Made by a program: the position numbers and the translations under genes. From Squalus acanthias (taxonomy: Eukaryota), in NCBI GenBank assembly GCA_030390025.1, contig CM059434.1:104160001-104224000 (forward strand): a stretch of 64,000 bases of DNA, in the 5' to 3' direction. Below, in pieces: positions 49,445 to 61,714 of the stretch. A model generated the notes under the pieces. The model had not been told where the DNA came from. It saw only the letters and a program-made list of their open reading frames with translations, and made no database searches. Numbering within the stretch: position 1 is the stretch's first letter; each line of letters opens with the position of its first letter.

Positions 49445-49895
49445 TCACGTTCTGTATCGTGACATGAACCCGATATCGCGATTGAGGCCCTCCTCATGAG
49501 TGCGGAACTTGGCTATCAGTTTCTGCTCTATGATTTTGCGCTGTCGTGTATTTCGAAGGCCGCCTTGGAGAACGCTTACCCGCATATCCGAGGCTGAATG
49601 CCCCTGGCTGCTGAAGTGTTCCCCGACTGGGAGGCAACCCTCCTGCCTGGCGATTGTTGCGCGGTGTCCGTTCATACGTTGTCTCAGTGTCTGCATGGTC
49701 TCGCCGATGTACCATGCTCTGGAGCATCCTTTACTGCAACGTATCAGGTAGACAACGTTGGCCGAGTCACATGAGTATGTACCGTGTACCTGGTGGGTAG
49801 TGTCCTCACGTGTGATGATGGTATCTGTGTCCATGATTTGGCATGTCTTGCAGAGGTTGCCGTGGCAGGGTTGTGTGGTGTCGTGGTTGCTGTTC
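49445..49895 (-). CDS. Penelope GIY-YIG endonuclease domain with upstream Cys-rich linker (open but 5'-truncated)
   Basis: PCHGNLCKTC...YSCDSANVVYLIRC..C..AWYIGET.QTLRQRMNGHR...PVGEHF...R...EQKLI.KF.T...GLN; a Cys linker of this kind suggests the Neptune-type group. Confidence 0.9.
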
Positions 49896-50044
49896 GGTTA
49901 CTTAATGGAATAGAGAAAGTAATCCTGGAGGATCAGGACAGAGGGCACAGGTTCAAGAGCAGATAGCAGGCATGCATTTTTTACACAGAGAGTGATCAAG
50001 AGCTGCAATGAGCCACCACAAAAGGTGGCTGAAACTAAGACGAT

Positions 50045-50192
50045 GGCCTAGAAATTCGTCTCAGGCGGTGGTGCAAAACGGGCTGCATCAGATCGGCCGC
50101 CCGTTATACACAGCTCCTGATATTCAGTTCCATCGAATACACTAGAACTCAATATCAGGTGCTGCGTATATTGGATGGCCGATTTTGAGGCC
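50045..50192. mobile_element. Short Harbinger MITE related to 44808-44953
   Basis: Starts GGCCTAGAAATTCGTCTC; shares actcaatatcagg.gctgc.tata; flanks GAT/AAT. Confidence 0.75.
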
Positions 50193-50229
50193 AATGGGTT
50201 AATTTAAGAAACAGCTGGGTGCTATAATA

Positions 50230-50434
50230 AAAAAAAGAAAGAACAACTTGCATTTCTATAGCGCCATTCACGCCCACCGGACATCCCAAAGCACTTTACA
50301 GCCAATGAAGTACTTTTTGTTTTGAAGTGTAGTCACTGTTGTAATGTGGGAAACGCAGCAGCCAATTTGCGCAGAGCAAGCTCCCACAAACAGCAAGGGA
50401 TCTTTTACGTCCTACCAACTGAGCCACAGCTGAC
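50230..50434 (-). mobile_element. DeuSINE, internally deleted
   Basis: Tail and Deu domain joined to a head remnant (ctaccaactgagccacagctgac). Confidence 0.85.
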
Positions 50435-50559
50435 CTGGCTAAAGGGGTAACAATGGGAGGAAAACCACACTGAAAACAGCTTCACCACATATTGTTTGAG
50501 TAATTAAAATTTGGCATAATTGGAGCTGTCCTGTATTGTGAAATTTCATTTCAGAGGGG

Positions 50560-51720
50560 GGCAGACTAAAATTGCTTGGGAGAAGTACTGGTGTATTGAT
50601 TGGCTATTGGGCACATGTTGAGAATGCTGTTGTGCATTGAATGCTTCAGATTCTTAAAAATATGTTTCTGGAATCGGCCTTTAAACTCCTGGTTGTTTGT
50701 GAAGATCTGTCTTTTGCCTCTTGGACAATTGTCTTCTTTATTGGTTACTGCTGCCAGTCTTCTCCTGTCTGCTCCATGGCAAGGCCCTAAGCAAGGTTAA
50801 TTTGTGTTGCTACATGTTTTCTAGGTTTAATAGATGAATTGAGCAGCCCAAGCAAACCAAAGCTTTTGTGATGTACATGAAGCTTGGGAGATTTGGCAGG
50901 CATCTCCTGCTGCTATTTGGAAGGAATCCACAGAGTCGAAGCATTTGGGTACCTTAACAGCCATTGTCAGGGAAGCTGTCCCTTTGGTGGAAGTGATTAC
51001 CGAGTGTGATATTTATATGATGGCTTTCTTGGAATAATCGTAATTTCTCATTGCAGGTGGTTCCCTTCATGTGCAGGTAGGAATGGCTAACCATGTATAG
51101 ATGGCTGACAACACAAGGGTGGACCCTACATAAGTGCATAAAAATGCCAATGTACTCATCTGGCATTGCTCCCCTCATCCTTCTCCTCCCCCTCCAACTC
51201 CAAAACCTGCAACAATGGAGAAATGCCCAGAGAAATACCAATATAGGCAGTACTGTCAGAAATGCTCCTGGAAAACAAGCCAAGCTAGTAGATGCAATAT
51301 AGCGTTAAAGAGCTGATTGTACAGATTCAAGAGATTTTGTGCACAAGTACCAAAACAAACATAAAAGGTACATCTAAGAAACATGTTTGGATCTGGGGAA
51401 AATCATTAACAGGCTATGTGATCCATTTGAAAAAAGGCAGCTCATTTTAAAAGATAAACAAAATGTTATTGAAGAGGGCTTCCTTGCAGTGCCTGTTTGA
51501 AATTGGCACTGAGTTTCTGGAATGCTCCTCTGGCGCTGAGGGCATTTTAAAGTGCCTCTCCACTATTTACATTAAGTTGGAGGACTGAATGAACTATAGG
51601 CTTTCAGTGCTCAAAGCACTTCCAACCCACATTGTCATTCAAAGTTTATACCTGGCACAGAGTGAACCTCGCACCTTAGAGCCAATGATGCAAGGCAGCA
51701 GCGCCCAAAATACAGCATCG
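50560..51720 (-). pseudogene. Ancient Harbinger transposase remnant
   Basis: Minus-strand pieces SYLHMKGTTCNEKLRL and DSFQIAAGDACQISQAS resemble HARBI1-type N-terminal motifs (YL.....C..RLR; GSFQ...GD...ISQ.S). Confidence 0.5.
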
Positions 51721-52129
51721 CTATGGGCATCATGGAGCATATTATCTGCTCCAATTAGGTAATAATATACAAATAGTAAGTATGGGGTAAACAATAGGAC
51801 TTCTATGATTTGGATTGCAGTTATTCAGTAGATACTGTTCTCAGACTTGCTTGCGTACATATGCAGAGCTCTGCTCTCTGAGCAGCTAATAAGTTATGCG
51901 AGCATCTACTTTCGCCTAACATTATAAAATAAGTTGATAAAGTGCTCAGAAGGTTAAATGACTTTGCATTAAGCTGGAGCTAAGCTGCAGCCAATGAAAA
52001 GTCCAAGTAGTGTCAGACTAGCTACAGCATGTGGTCTCAAATCTCCTGCATTACTGCATTCGAAAATCAGATCACCTGCCTGAGTTTCATGCCACTTTTG
52101 CAAAAGTGACAGTATAAATTCACCCTTAG

Positions 52130-52550
52130 TTGAGAAAAAATATAAGGCCAACATACAAACAGGAAAATACCCTCTGGTCCATCCAGCCTGTCCCAAACAA
52201 TTGTGATACCTTGTGTATCACAATAAATACACTCTCCACCCCACCCCAAGCCATGTGATCTCCTGGGAAAGGTGAAAAAACAGATAAAAACCCAGGCTAA
52301 TTTGGGAAATTCCTCTCCGATTACAGCATCTCACTGTTTCTTAAATGAGTCTAGTGTCCTGACCTCAACCACCCTTTGTGGCAACCCATTCCGGCGGTTT
52401 GATCAGCCTATGTATAAATAAATATTTCCTGACGTGTCCTAAGTTTGCATTTTACAACCTTGAACCTGTATCCTTCTGTCCTGTTGCATTAGCATTTTGA
52501 AAGTACTGTTTTTCAACTTTACTTTCTCTACCCTATCAAGTATCGTACAT
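52130..52550 (-). mobile_element. Degenerate CR1 3' end
   Basis: Reverse of FKM...RTEG..FK....R..RKY.FI.R....NGLPQRVVE. Confidence 0.6.
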
Positions 52551-52566
52551 GTGGCATTGTGGAATC

Positions 52567-52691
52567 TTCACCTGACGAAGGGGCAGCAGCTCCGAAAGCT
52601 TGTGATTTCAAATAAAACTGTTGGACTATAACCTGGTGTTGTGCGACTTCTCACTTTTGTCCACCCCAGTCCAACACCGGCATCTCCGCAT
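52567..52691 (+). mobile_element. 125-bp Penelope-derived hammerhead mini-element (family B); ribozyme at 52568-52605
   Basis: 12-bp TSD cattgtggaatc at 52555-52566 and 52692-52703; UCAC-CUGACGA-A-GGGGC[AGCA]GCUCC-GAAA-GC-UU-GUGA, then AATAAA. Confidence 0.92.
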
Positions 52692-53091
52692 CATTGTGGA
52701 ATCAGATTGATCAGGATTCTGTACAGCTTCAGGTTGACCTCTGAGGACTAGAACTCAATTGATCTGGTAATATAACCCAGCATCCTATTTACTTTTTTTA
52801 TTGCCACTTTGCAAGTTTAGACATGGTAAACGACAAAGCTCATTTGAATACAGACTGAAGGCAGTACGACTGATTAGTAATGTGACTCTGTGTAACTCAA
52901 GTTGGGCTTCAAGAGTCACTGCATTATTATTAATAAGGTATTATCAATCAAAAACATTTTTTAAAGTTATGGTTTAAGTCGGTTTCATTGTATTCAAGCA
53001 CTTATGTCTTTCACAAGCTTTTATTAAATTTATTATTTATAGTCATTTATTCTTCCCACCATTTTCTTTTTTTAAAATCTATTAAACTGTT

Positions 53092-54702
53092 GGGCCGGAT
53101 ATTGCTGGAGTGGGGCATCTCGCGCTGTGTCCGGTGAGTTAGACTTTTTCCAGCACTCTTCAGCTCAAATTCTTTTTTGTCCTTTAAGTTGCTGGAAGTG
53201 AAGGCTGATAATGGCGCAGCAGGCCAACAGGGCATCTGGGACCTTGGTGAACGACGGGACAAACAGTGCATCTCCTTAACCAATGAGATTAAACGATTGA
53301 GAAGTAAACAGAGCAAGGACTGAGAAGGACGGTGAATTAGAGTGGGTGAATTCAATGTCAAATCAGGTACAGAAAGAGAAATAAAGGCCGGAATTTTCAC
53401 AGGAAAAAAACAGGTGGGTTGAAGGCAGGGGGGAAGTGAATATTGTAAAAATCTAAAACCCAACCCCAACCCGCCTCCAATCCGCCCACTTTCACCTTTT
53501 ACTCAGGCGGGGCGGGGGGTGGGCAGCTAACCCGCTGCCAGGAGGCGGGTTGGTATTTTAAATATTATAATGAGGCCTGAAGCCTCTGCTTTAACCTGCT
53601 GTGCAGGTTTTACTGCAGACGGCCGGTGATCCTGGGGCTCGGGATTCCCGATAGCTGCAATGAGGCAGCTACAGCTTCGGGGAGCAATCCTTGTGGGCCG
53701 GGAGGAGCAGGAGTGCTTCCTCCCGGCCCCTCAAGCTCACCCACCAGCAGAGTGCATCCCCCGGGGTTGGGGTTCAGACCCCCCAGGGATCGGACCCCCT
53801 CCAGGGCTTGGAACACACCCCACCCCTCGGGGGATCGGATCTCCCCCGGGATCAATCTCACCCCCTGGGGTCCTGGATCGGACCCCCCACCTGGGGATCG
53901 CAATTCAGCCCCAGGGACAGGGATCGGACCCGCCCCTGTGGGATCAGACCCCCACCCTCCGGGTAATCAGACCCCTGCCCCCAGGGGATCGGACCCTCCC
54001 CGGGGGATGGAAGCTGCCCACATGGCTTGGCACCCCGCCCCCCCGCCAACTTCACCAGCCTGGGCCCAGCACCTACCTGGTCCTGTGGCCTCCTGGTCCG
54101 CATTCCTCGCCCGACTTGAAGCCAACCTGTCAATCAGCATGCCTGGAAACCTGAACTTCCAGGTTTACCGCCATCTCCTGGGTCCCTCCGCACCGTGCGG
54201 GTGGGAAACGGAAAAATCCTGGCCAAAGAGAGAGAAAGAACAATTGGAATAAGAGAGAGAGAAAAGGGACAGTAAGGTAAAATAAGAAAAAAATTAAAAA
54301 TTAACAATTTTACATTTTTAAAATCTACAACAACAATTCACTACCTAAAAAAATGAAAGTCCATGCTTTTAATTGTTCACTTTCTGGGCTAGAGAGGTTG
54401 ATTAGCAGTCATTAATAATTATCATATCATTAAAAGGGTACTTACATTATTAATGATTAGACTTAACTTTCTGTGGTGAGTTTAATGGGCAAACACAGCA
54501 AATTTTTGAAACTCACAGGGAGGTTAAGGGTGAGATGCCGCTTTCGCGAACATAACAGCGGAGGGTGCAAATCATCCAGCAACTTGCGGCGATTCGCAAT
54601 TCACAGGGTATCTCTTCCTCGCCATAAATTGCTGGCCGGTTTGCATATTAATAATGGCGTGCGCCGTTCACACACCGTTATTTTTTCAGCAAATTCCGGC
54701 CC
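53092..54702. mobile_element. Harbinger-type MITE containing a nested MITE
   Basis: TIRs GGGCCGGATATTGCTG / GGGCCGGAATTTGCTG; flanks GTT/ATT. Confidence 0.85.
53386..54224. mobile_element. Nested Harbinger-type MITE with degenerate ggggatcggacccc repeats
   Basis: AAA TSD at 53383-53385 and 54225-54227; TIRs GGCCGGAATTTTC / GGCCAGGATTTTTC. Confidence 0.85.
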
Positions 54703-54844
54703 ATTAACTTTGCTGTTTCTCCACCACATATTTTATTGGACTTTAAGTAATACAAATGATTTTAAATTGTTGTAGAGAGTGCTGGGCTCCAAACTTGAAG
54801 TTTGAGAGTCTGAAATCTAATTACAACCGATATTCAAAATTTGA

Positions 54845-55225
54845 AAGAAAGAACTTGCACCAAGGACATCCCAAAGTGCGTCACAGGCAATTAATTATTT
54901 TTGAAATGTGGTTAGTGTTGTTTTGCCACCAAACATGACACACAGCAAGGTCACACAAACATCAATGAGATGATGACCTCTTAATCTGGTTGAGGGATGA
55001 ATGCTGGCCAGGACACTGAGAGAACTTTCTGCTCTTCTTCGAAAAATAGCATAGGATTTTTTTATGTCCATCTAAATTGGCAGGTAGGGTCTCAGTTTAG
55101 CAGCTCATCTGAGAGAGAGCACTCCAACAATGCATGACTCCTTCAGTCCTGCACTGAAGTGTCAGCCTCAGTTATGTGCTCTCAGTTTCTGGAGCAGGGC
55201 TTGAACCCACAACCTTCTGACACAG
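54845..55225 (-). mobile_element. DeuSINE, strongly diverged
   Basis: gcactgaagtgtcagcct; gggcttgaacccacaaccttctgac. Confidence 0.78.
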
Positions 55226-55744
55226 AGGGGAGAGTGCTGTCCCATGATTGCATTCATTGGGTGTATTTTGGATGGGTTATTTCATGGAAAAAGCACACAT
55301 CTCTCTGGCAGAAGGGAGCGCAAACTGGATGTGCACTCGCTGTTGGCTTATCACGTATAATAACCATGTCGAAGTTCACATCTGGCTACATCTGGGGAAG
55401 ACTGAAAAAGGAAGGCAACAGTGGTGAGCCTAAGAAGGAAAAGAAAAATTCAAAAGGGATTAGCAAAAAAAATGGTGTTGACAGAGGTAAATAGAAAAGG
55501 AATATTAATAAAATAATCCAATAAGGAATGGTTAACGATAAAAACAGATAATGTGTAGCTGGTCTATCAGCATCAGAATGATAGGTTAACACTGAGCTGA
55601 CCTCTGTTGACGGGTTATATCATACCTGTAATGTTAACCTACCTTTCTGTTTCAAATGATGATTAGCCTGCTGTGCATAGCTAGCACCTTGTGTTTTTAT
55701 TTCAGATTTTTAGCATACATGCTGGGACACAGGAAAATAATTTA

Positions 55745-55825
55745 GGAACATAGGGACATAGGAATAAGAGTTGACCATTGAGCCCCTCGAGCCTGTTCCG
55801 CAATTCAATCAAATCATGGCTGATT
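55745..55825 (-). mobile_element. CR1 3' tail stub
   Basis: ggaacatagggacatagg...cccctcgagcctgttccgc.attcaat...atcatggctgat. Confidence 0.8.
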
Positions 55826-57164
55826 TAGAATGATAATAAAATATGTAGCTCATCCGCCTACAGGGTTTTAAGAGTTAATTTATTTTGAGGTACTTCATTG
55901 CTGTTCGGTTCATTATATGTGCGCAATGTGGTAAAACAGACATTTAAGTGAAAACATTTAGGCTGTAACAGCTCCAGATAGGTTATTTGTATAATTGGTC
56001 TTGGAACTAATTACAGCTCTTGGCCCCGTGAATCAGCAGAATTCAAACGTCTATTAAAAAAGCAAGTTCTGCACTTCACTCTATAATAGATACTGCTGCT
56101 GAAAACATTTTAAAGTGAGTAGTATAAATAGACTACTCAATGATTCGTGATGAGTACCTTCACAATTCACTGTGACTTCAAAATTCGTGGGTCCTATGGT
56201 TTTCCTTACTAAATGGCATAGTCACTCATTGAGCATCCTCCCTGTACTGAACGGGTTAAATGATTAATGATCATTTATACTAGGTTACAGAAATATGTAC
56301 TGCAGGGTGCTAGTAAATATAAAATAAAATTACATTACTGTACAGTTAAATCATGCCTTTAAAAAATAAGACACTAATGGAATTTAGTACATTTTCCGGA
56401 ATTTGAGTTTAATAATTCATGAGCAATGGATACTAGCTAATCTCTTTTATGCGTAACTGGAGTAAACTTGGCAGGTTCAGGACACTGATCCAAAATGCAT
56501 GTGACAAACACTAGTCACATACAGCCTGGCAGATCTCTGACTCAATGCTGCTGTGCAAGATTACATTCTTTTACAGTAACTGTTGCCAGAGAGGTACATT
56601 TTAATTATAAGAAACGGTGAAGCTTGTTCATGCTTGTCAGTAAATATTAGTACTGTCCTCCTACAACTATTCCATAACGCTACACGCAGATCTGCATCAA
56701 CATTCACTTGCATGTGATCAGACACTTGGCTCATTCGCTTTAGTACTGATTATGTAAGAGCAGACATTGTCTGTTGCGAAAGCAGGTCGATAGTTCTCGA
56801 ATGTTCTTTAAGATTCACAGTGATGTTTAATGTCGTCACGTTCCGACTTTCTCTCGCAGACTTCCTTTTGGTGAAAGGAGAGAGAGAAACAAAGAAAGAT
56901 GCTCTCATTTTTAGTAGAGGTACTGCAATTAGAAAGAATATATACAGACAAATGACAGAGAAGAGTAGCTTACTGAGAAATAAATTTCAAATTGACACAA
57001 AGCCTACTATTCATGAATGTTAAAGCTACAAGTGTGTCATAGGCTGTATTCATGGAGCAGTTTATCCCAACAAGGCACTGCTCTCCATTTTTATACTATA
57101 ACTTGACGTACTATTAAGATAACAGATCGAATAAGTGTTTAAAATAAGGACTGACCAAAAGACA

Positions 57165-57470
57165 GAGGGGTAGAAATTAGACCTCGTAACATCCGTTTTG
57201 CGGGTGTAAAATAAGTGCAACAAGGCGCAATTTCAGAAAGCAATATCTGTGCCATGGACGCCTGAAAAATGTCTGACCCGAAAATGGGTTGGGCCGTTTT
57301 TCAGGCATCCTTTGCAGTTACCTAAAACAGGCATTAGGCTCCTTAAGTATTTAAATGAGGGGCCTTATGCCTATTTTAGGACCCCTCACTGAAATTGGAC
57401 AGCGTTGAGGGGGGAAGGCTTGCTGCACTCAGGATTCTTCAGCGGTCACCAACTAAAAGTAAGTAATGTG
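57165..57470. mobile_element. Partial Harbinger-type MITE
   Basis: TIR-like GGGGTAGAAATTAGACC start; no matching right end found. Confidence 0.5.
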
Positions 57471-57853
57471 TTGGGACAGTGTAAATATATCTAAGTGGCT
57501 TCAATTTGAAATAGATTTTTTACAATGTGCTGGTTACTACTTTAAAAAAGAACTCCACATGACTTATTACCTTTGGTTTGTCAGTCAGCCTCTTGGTTCT
57601 AAGTAGCATTAAAATTGTATGGAAAATTATAATTTCTGTCAATGTTATGTGACAGAAAATGTGTATTTTGAAAGCTGCGAAGGGCATTAAGTAATCAAAA
57701 GGCTTGTGTTTTGTATTATGCAAGGGTGACATTTACTTCCTGTTGTAAAGCCTCTGGGTTTAAAGTGACAGGACCTGCACTGTGTGCTTTACCAGTCGTA
57801 TGTTCCACAATGTAACAGTAAATCTAAAATTTCAGCTGTTAAAAGGTATGATG

Positions 57854-58493
57854 TGTAAGACGTGTAAATTTTTACTCCAGTCTAACAGTACTTGGAGTTC
57901 GGACCTGTATTGGAACAGACCACTCGAGACAAAGATTTCAGGGTAACTATTCTTTACTTAAAATCAACAGCGATAACAAGCAAGTACAAGCATACATACG
58001 TACTGACACCAGTGAGTGATCAGTTCGGCGGTGACTGGTAGTTTCTCTTCTCTGTGCGACCGATCAAGTCGCCCGACTCGCTGCAGCAGCCCCTAGTGTC
58101 TTTCGACTGCACTTTTTATACCCCAAAACTTAGCAGACTGCTCAATGCATACGCGGCCCAGACCACGTTAACAATGGCCAGTAGTTGTTTTTCTTTCTCT
58201 TCTCCTTATCTGTTAGCCAGTGGGCTTCAAGGCCGGTTACGCCATTGTCTGAAGAAGTTCCTGTTAACAATGGCTCGACGGTTTGTTTTACAGAACTCTC
58301 AAGGCCCACTTCCTTATCTGTGATTTTTAGGGAATTTGCCCAGTAACACGGCCCTCAGTCTCTCAAGGTATGCTGGTCCATTAAATTTGGTCAACTTTGA
58401 GTTTAGTCAAGTTACTTTACAGCGATGATGTATTCTTGTAAAGTCCACCCTCAAGTGGCTGTGGACCCGAATGTTGGGTCACAGGCACTTACA
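57854..58493 (-). repeat. 3' LTR (~640 bp)
   Basis: Termini TGTAAG...CTTACA; preceded by purine-rich ggaaagaaggcggcgatgacggcgagg; TATAAAAAG at ~58112-58120 and AGTAAA at ~57953-57958. Only one LTR is in the window, so the boundaries are inferred. Confidence 0.7.
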
Positions 58494-60640
58494 CCTCGCC
58501 GTCATCGCCGCCTTCTTTCCGTGTCTCCTGTAACAGCTTGACCAACTTTCGCTGTTTGCGTCGCCTGTTGATGCGGCAAGTTATTATCAGTAAGTATAAC
58601 ACAATCACCAGCTGAACAATGACCAACAGATGGGAGATAATACTTATCCATGGGTGAACCTCGAAATTCCTACCGATATTTCGCCAGGATGAATCATCTC
58701 CAACCCTGGATATTTCCTTTAGTCGCTCATGGTTTTCTTGGGCCAAGGTATAATAATGCTTCTGGGACTGATTGATGCGCCTCATTAACTTGACCAAGTT
58801 TTCTTACAGCGGTGGGATGTCAAAGCCGAACCGAGTCACATACTGGTGCAATTGCTCTTTTAACTCATCCTTTACAGTAATATTTACTTATGTGAATAAA
58901 TGCTTAACAACACCCGTGCCCCAAGTCTCACAGATCTGACTGGGGTAAAACAAAAGGTTCCTGCTGCAATAGGACAAGTCAGGTCGTTAACGCACTGGTA
59001 CTCCCAGTGCATAGTAGTCATACAATATTCCCCCTTCCCTCGCTATGCAGATCGTACGGGGAGGTGCCACCCCGGAGTCACTTTCATGGTACAATTCCAC
59101 ACCATCCTATCCCAATTGAACCCGTAAGCGGGGCTGCATGTTCTGCCTCATCGTAGGGGCAGATGAACGTATTCCTAGCTTGAGCACATCCGGTAACATC
59201 TGGGGTCATCATGTTGTCCCATCCACTCAGGTCACGTATTGTGGGGTTCATCATACTCTACTAGCTGGTCTCCCCGACGCACCCCTATGTTCTCTACACG
59301 GAATAGAGGACTTGGGGCTGCGTTTTCAGGCAGAATGGGATAATATAATACCATCCCTAACAGGGTGATGTTCCTTTGCCTCTGTCAATCACACTCGTGT
59401 TTCACCGGGTATACCTGTACCAATCCTCTGACTCGGCACATAGTCATGGTAAGTGGACATCACCATCAGATGTCCATCAGTCACCTACGAGGGGCGTTTC
59501 CCCTCAGCAATGCGCTGTAGGTTTTCTCGGGTTTGTTCCACCAACCAAGACCCATACATTATATATACATCGTTTTGCGCGGCCTCACTAGAGGCATTCC
59601 TCCTTTAAAACCTGATTTATCGTCTTAGCATGAGATTCTAGATATTTTACCACATCATACAGGTGTATGGTCATAATCTGGTCCTCTTCCAATTCCTCCT
59701 GTTCCTGATAATTCATTTCATACAAAATTTTCCTTCAACGGTTTCTAACCATCTTTACAGATTGGTCTAGGCTGGCCAAATCAAGGCTATTAGTGAGGGA
59801 GGTTCTGGTGTTGAAGATGGCTACACTGTCATTCACCAGGCTCCGCTGCCTTCTGGTATGATTCCCCTGGGCAGTAAACCGAGTACCATTTTCCCCAAAT
59901 GTGCCATTAGACCCATAACCATCCCTAGGGTCAATGTGGTACAATGGCTCCAATTCCGATTCTGCCAGCATTTCACTGGTCTTTTCCCAAAATCCCTCTC
60001 AGTTCCTGCATCATTTTTCTATACAATTGTGCTGTTTCAGGCTTGCACCAACCAGGCAGCCCCAACTCGGTCAGATTCAACATTACTGGTACTACCTCAT
60101 GGTGCATGTTGTGGTACAGCACCATTCGAGTGGGGATCACCACCAGCCCATTTATTGACCCCCGGGGTGTGTCTGGGGCAACTTTCCTGGGCCTTCTGTC
60201 TTTTATTCGTAGGGAGGGGAAGTTTAGGATGGACTTTCAATTCCACCGTGTGTATTATTCCGTTGTTACATTCCTGCACATGATAGGTCACAGTGCCGTT
60301 TGGATGACGATTGTGTTGGCATGACCGCCTTTCCTGAAATGTACCATTGGTAGGGTACGATTTTGCCGTCGCTATCTAGTTTGACTGGAATTTCACACTG
60401 TGGGGGCATCTCAACATTCGGTATCCCCAGGGGTCTTACACACCCGTAGGTTCCCTCGTGTTTCCGCCACCATTGTGGCCAACATAACATGGTCTCGCTG
60501 TCACCTTTAGATTGAGTTGTGCTCCCATGGTTCCCCCTAGGATCCCCTATCTGATGGTACCTTGTGTTGTTACCTGCCGTCGCTTGGATAAACCATACAC
60601 GTGGCTGACTTGTAGTCCCACTCTTACACTTTACACTTAG
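58489..60640 (-). pseudogene. env: class I fusion glycoprotein, F-protein-like layout, disrupted
   Basis: GLVVIPTRMVLY...VVPVMLNLTELGLPGWC; furin site RRQR at 59843-59854 followed by SLVNDSVAIFNT.TSLTNSLDL and a heptad-like run; Cys-rich region; C-terminal TM WISIISHLLVIVQLVIVLYLLII with a basic tail. Confidence 0.78.
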
Positions 60641-60699
60641 CCCCCTCCCTTCTTGGACCTCATACGTGGTTACCCGTACTAGAGGGGTTCAAAGACTCC

Positions 60700-61714
60700 C
60701 ACCCTTGTATAGATTCGTACCATCACCTGGCTTCCTACTTCCCTCTCCTGGGGTTTACTCGGGGCCAAGTGTTGCTGTGCCTTCCCAATATTGTGGGCGG
60801 CCCTCGGGTGTACCTCCTTTTAAAGTTTCCCAAAGTTCGCTCAGGAATTTATCCCTGGTCACCTCCTCCACCTGCTTGTCTGTCAAAGTGGGGATCAACA
60901 GATGTGTGGGGGGTTCGCATGGGTCTCCCCGTTACCAATTCATGTGGGGAGTGACCCGTTCCTTTGGACTCTTTACTGCGTATTCCCATAAGGATTAAGG
61001 GAAGTACCTCATCCCACCTAGTGGGACTTTCATTCAATTCTTTACGCAGAGCCAACTTCAGTTCATTCTTTCCACAATTCCCGATGACTGCGGGTTGTGA
61101 GCCATGTGCCATTTCCCTTCAATCCCAGACAATTTCAGAGTGGCCTGTATCACCTGACCTGTGAAATGACTCCCTTAGTCTGATTCTACCACTCGAGGGA
61201 GCCCCCATCTTTAAAATACCTCCCTAACTCGGGTCTTGGCCGTCCACAATGCTGTGGCTGAATTGCACGTGAAGGCTTCTGCCCACTTGGTAAAATTGTC
61301 CACTAGGACTAGAGAATATTTATTGCCCTTCTTGGTGGTAGGCAGAGGTCCAGTAAAGTCTATCTGAACACACTGCCACAGTCCCTCAGACCGACGGGCA
61401 TGTCCTTTGTCTTGTGCGGGTCGGGATTGTTAGTTGTGCATACCAAACAATTTTTACAGAAATCCTCTACGTCTTCCCTTGGGTGAGGCCACCATCCCAC
61501 TTCCTCCACCTGTTTCCAGGTCATCTCTGGGCCAGGGTGTCCAGCCCCCGGTCCCCCGTGAGCTAGCTGCATGAATTCCTCTCGGTATCCTTCAGGCACA
61601 ATCCACCTATCTCCTTTAAACAGCATGCCTTCCCTGATCGCTACATCTCTGACCCCGTAGGGTACTTCCACAGGCTGGCCGGCTTCCTTGTCCTTGAGGA
61701 CTGCTCTTAATAAT
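60700..61714 (-). pseudogene. Retroviral-type integrase, disrupted
   Basis: HHCC (AHGGPGAGHPG...CLVC); WQCVQIDFTGPLP...Y.LVLVDNFTKWAEAF; ESD*GSHFTG; WDEVLPLILMGIR....GTGHSPHELVTGRPMR. Confidence 0.92.

Larger units (their letters stand above)
49095..49898 (-). mobile_element. Penelope-like element (family B), 5'-truncated, with GIY-YIG endonuclease and terminal hammerhead
   Basis: 10-bp TSD tacttaatgg at 49085-49094 and 49899-49908; terminal ~130 bp homologous to the mini-elements. Confidence 0.92.
48780..50225 (+). mobile_element. Very degenerate CR1 3' region hosting Penelope and MITE insertions
   Basis: SYEE.LDKL..FSLEK; across the insert LNGIEKV; RTEGHRFK; FTQRVI..CNEP. Confidence 0.65.

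Noticed and set aside
53626-54252. 208-aa Pro/Gly-rich ORF (also 8069-8563 and 22533-23108)
   Set aside because: Open frames caused by GC-rich MITE interiors or the antisense strand of CR1; no domain motifs.
57854-58808. Alternative 955-bp LTR bounded by TGTAAGA...TCTTACA
   Set aside because: It would include the env TM-coding region and has no adjacent polypurine tract; 58493 fits better.
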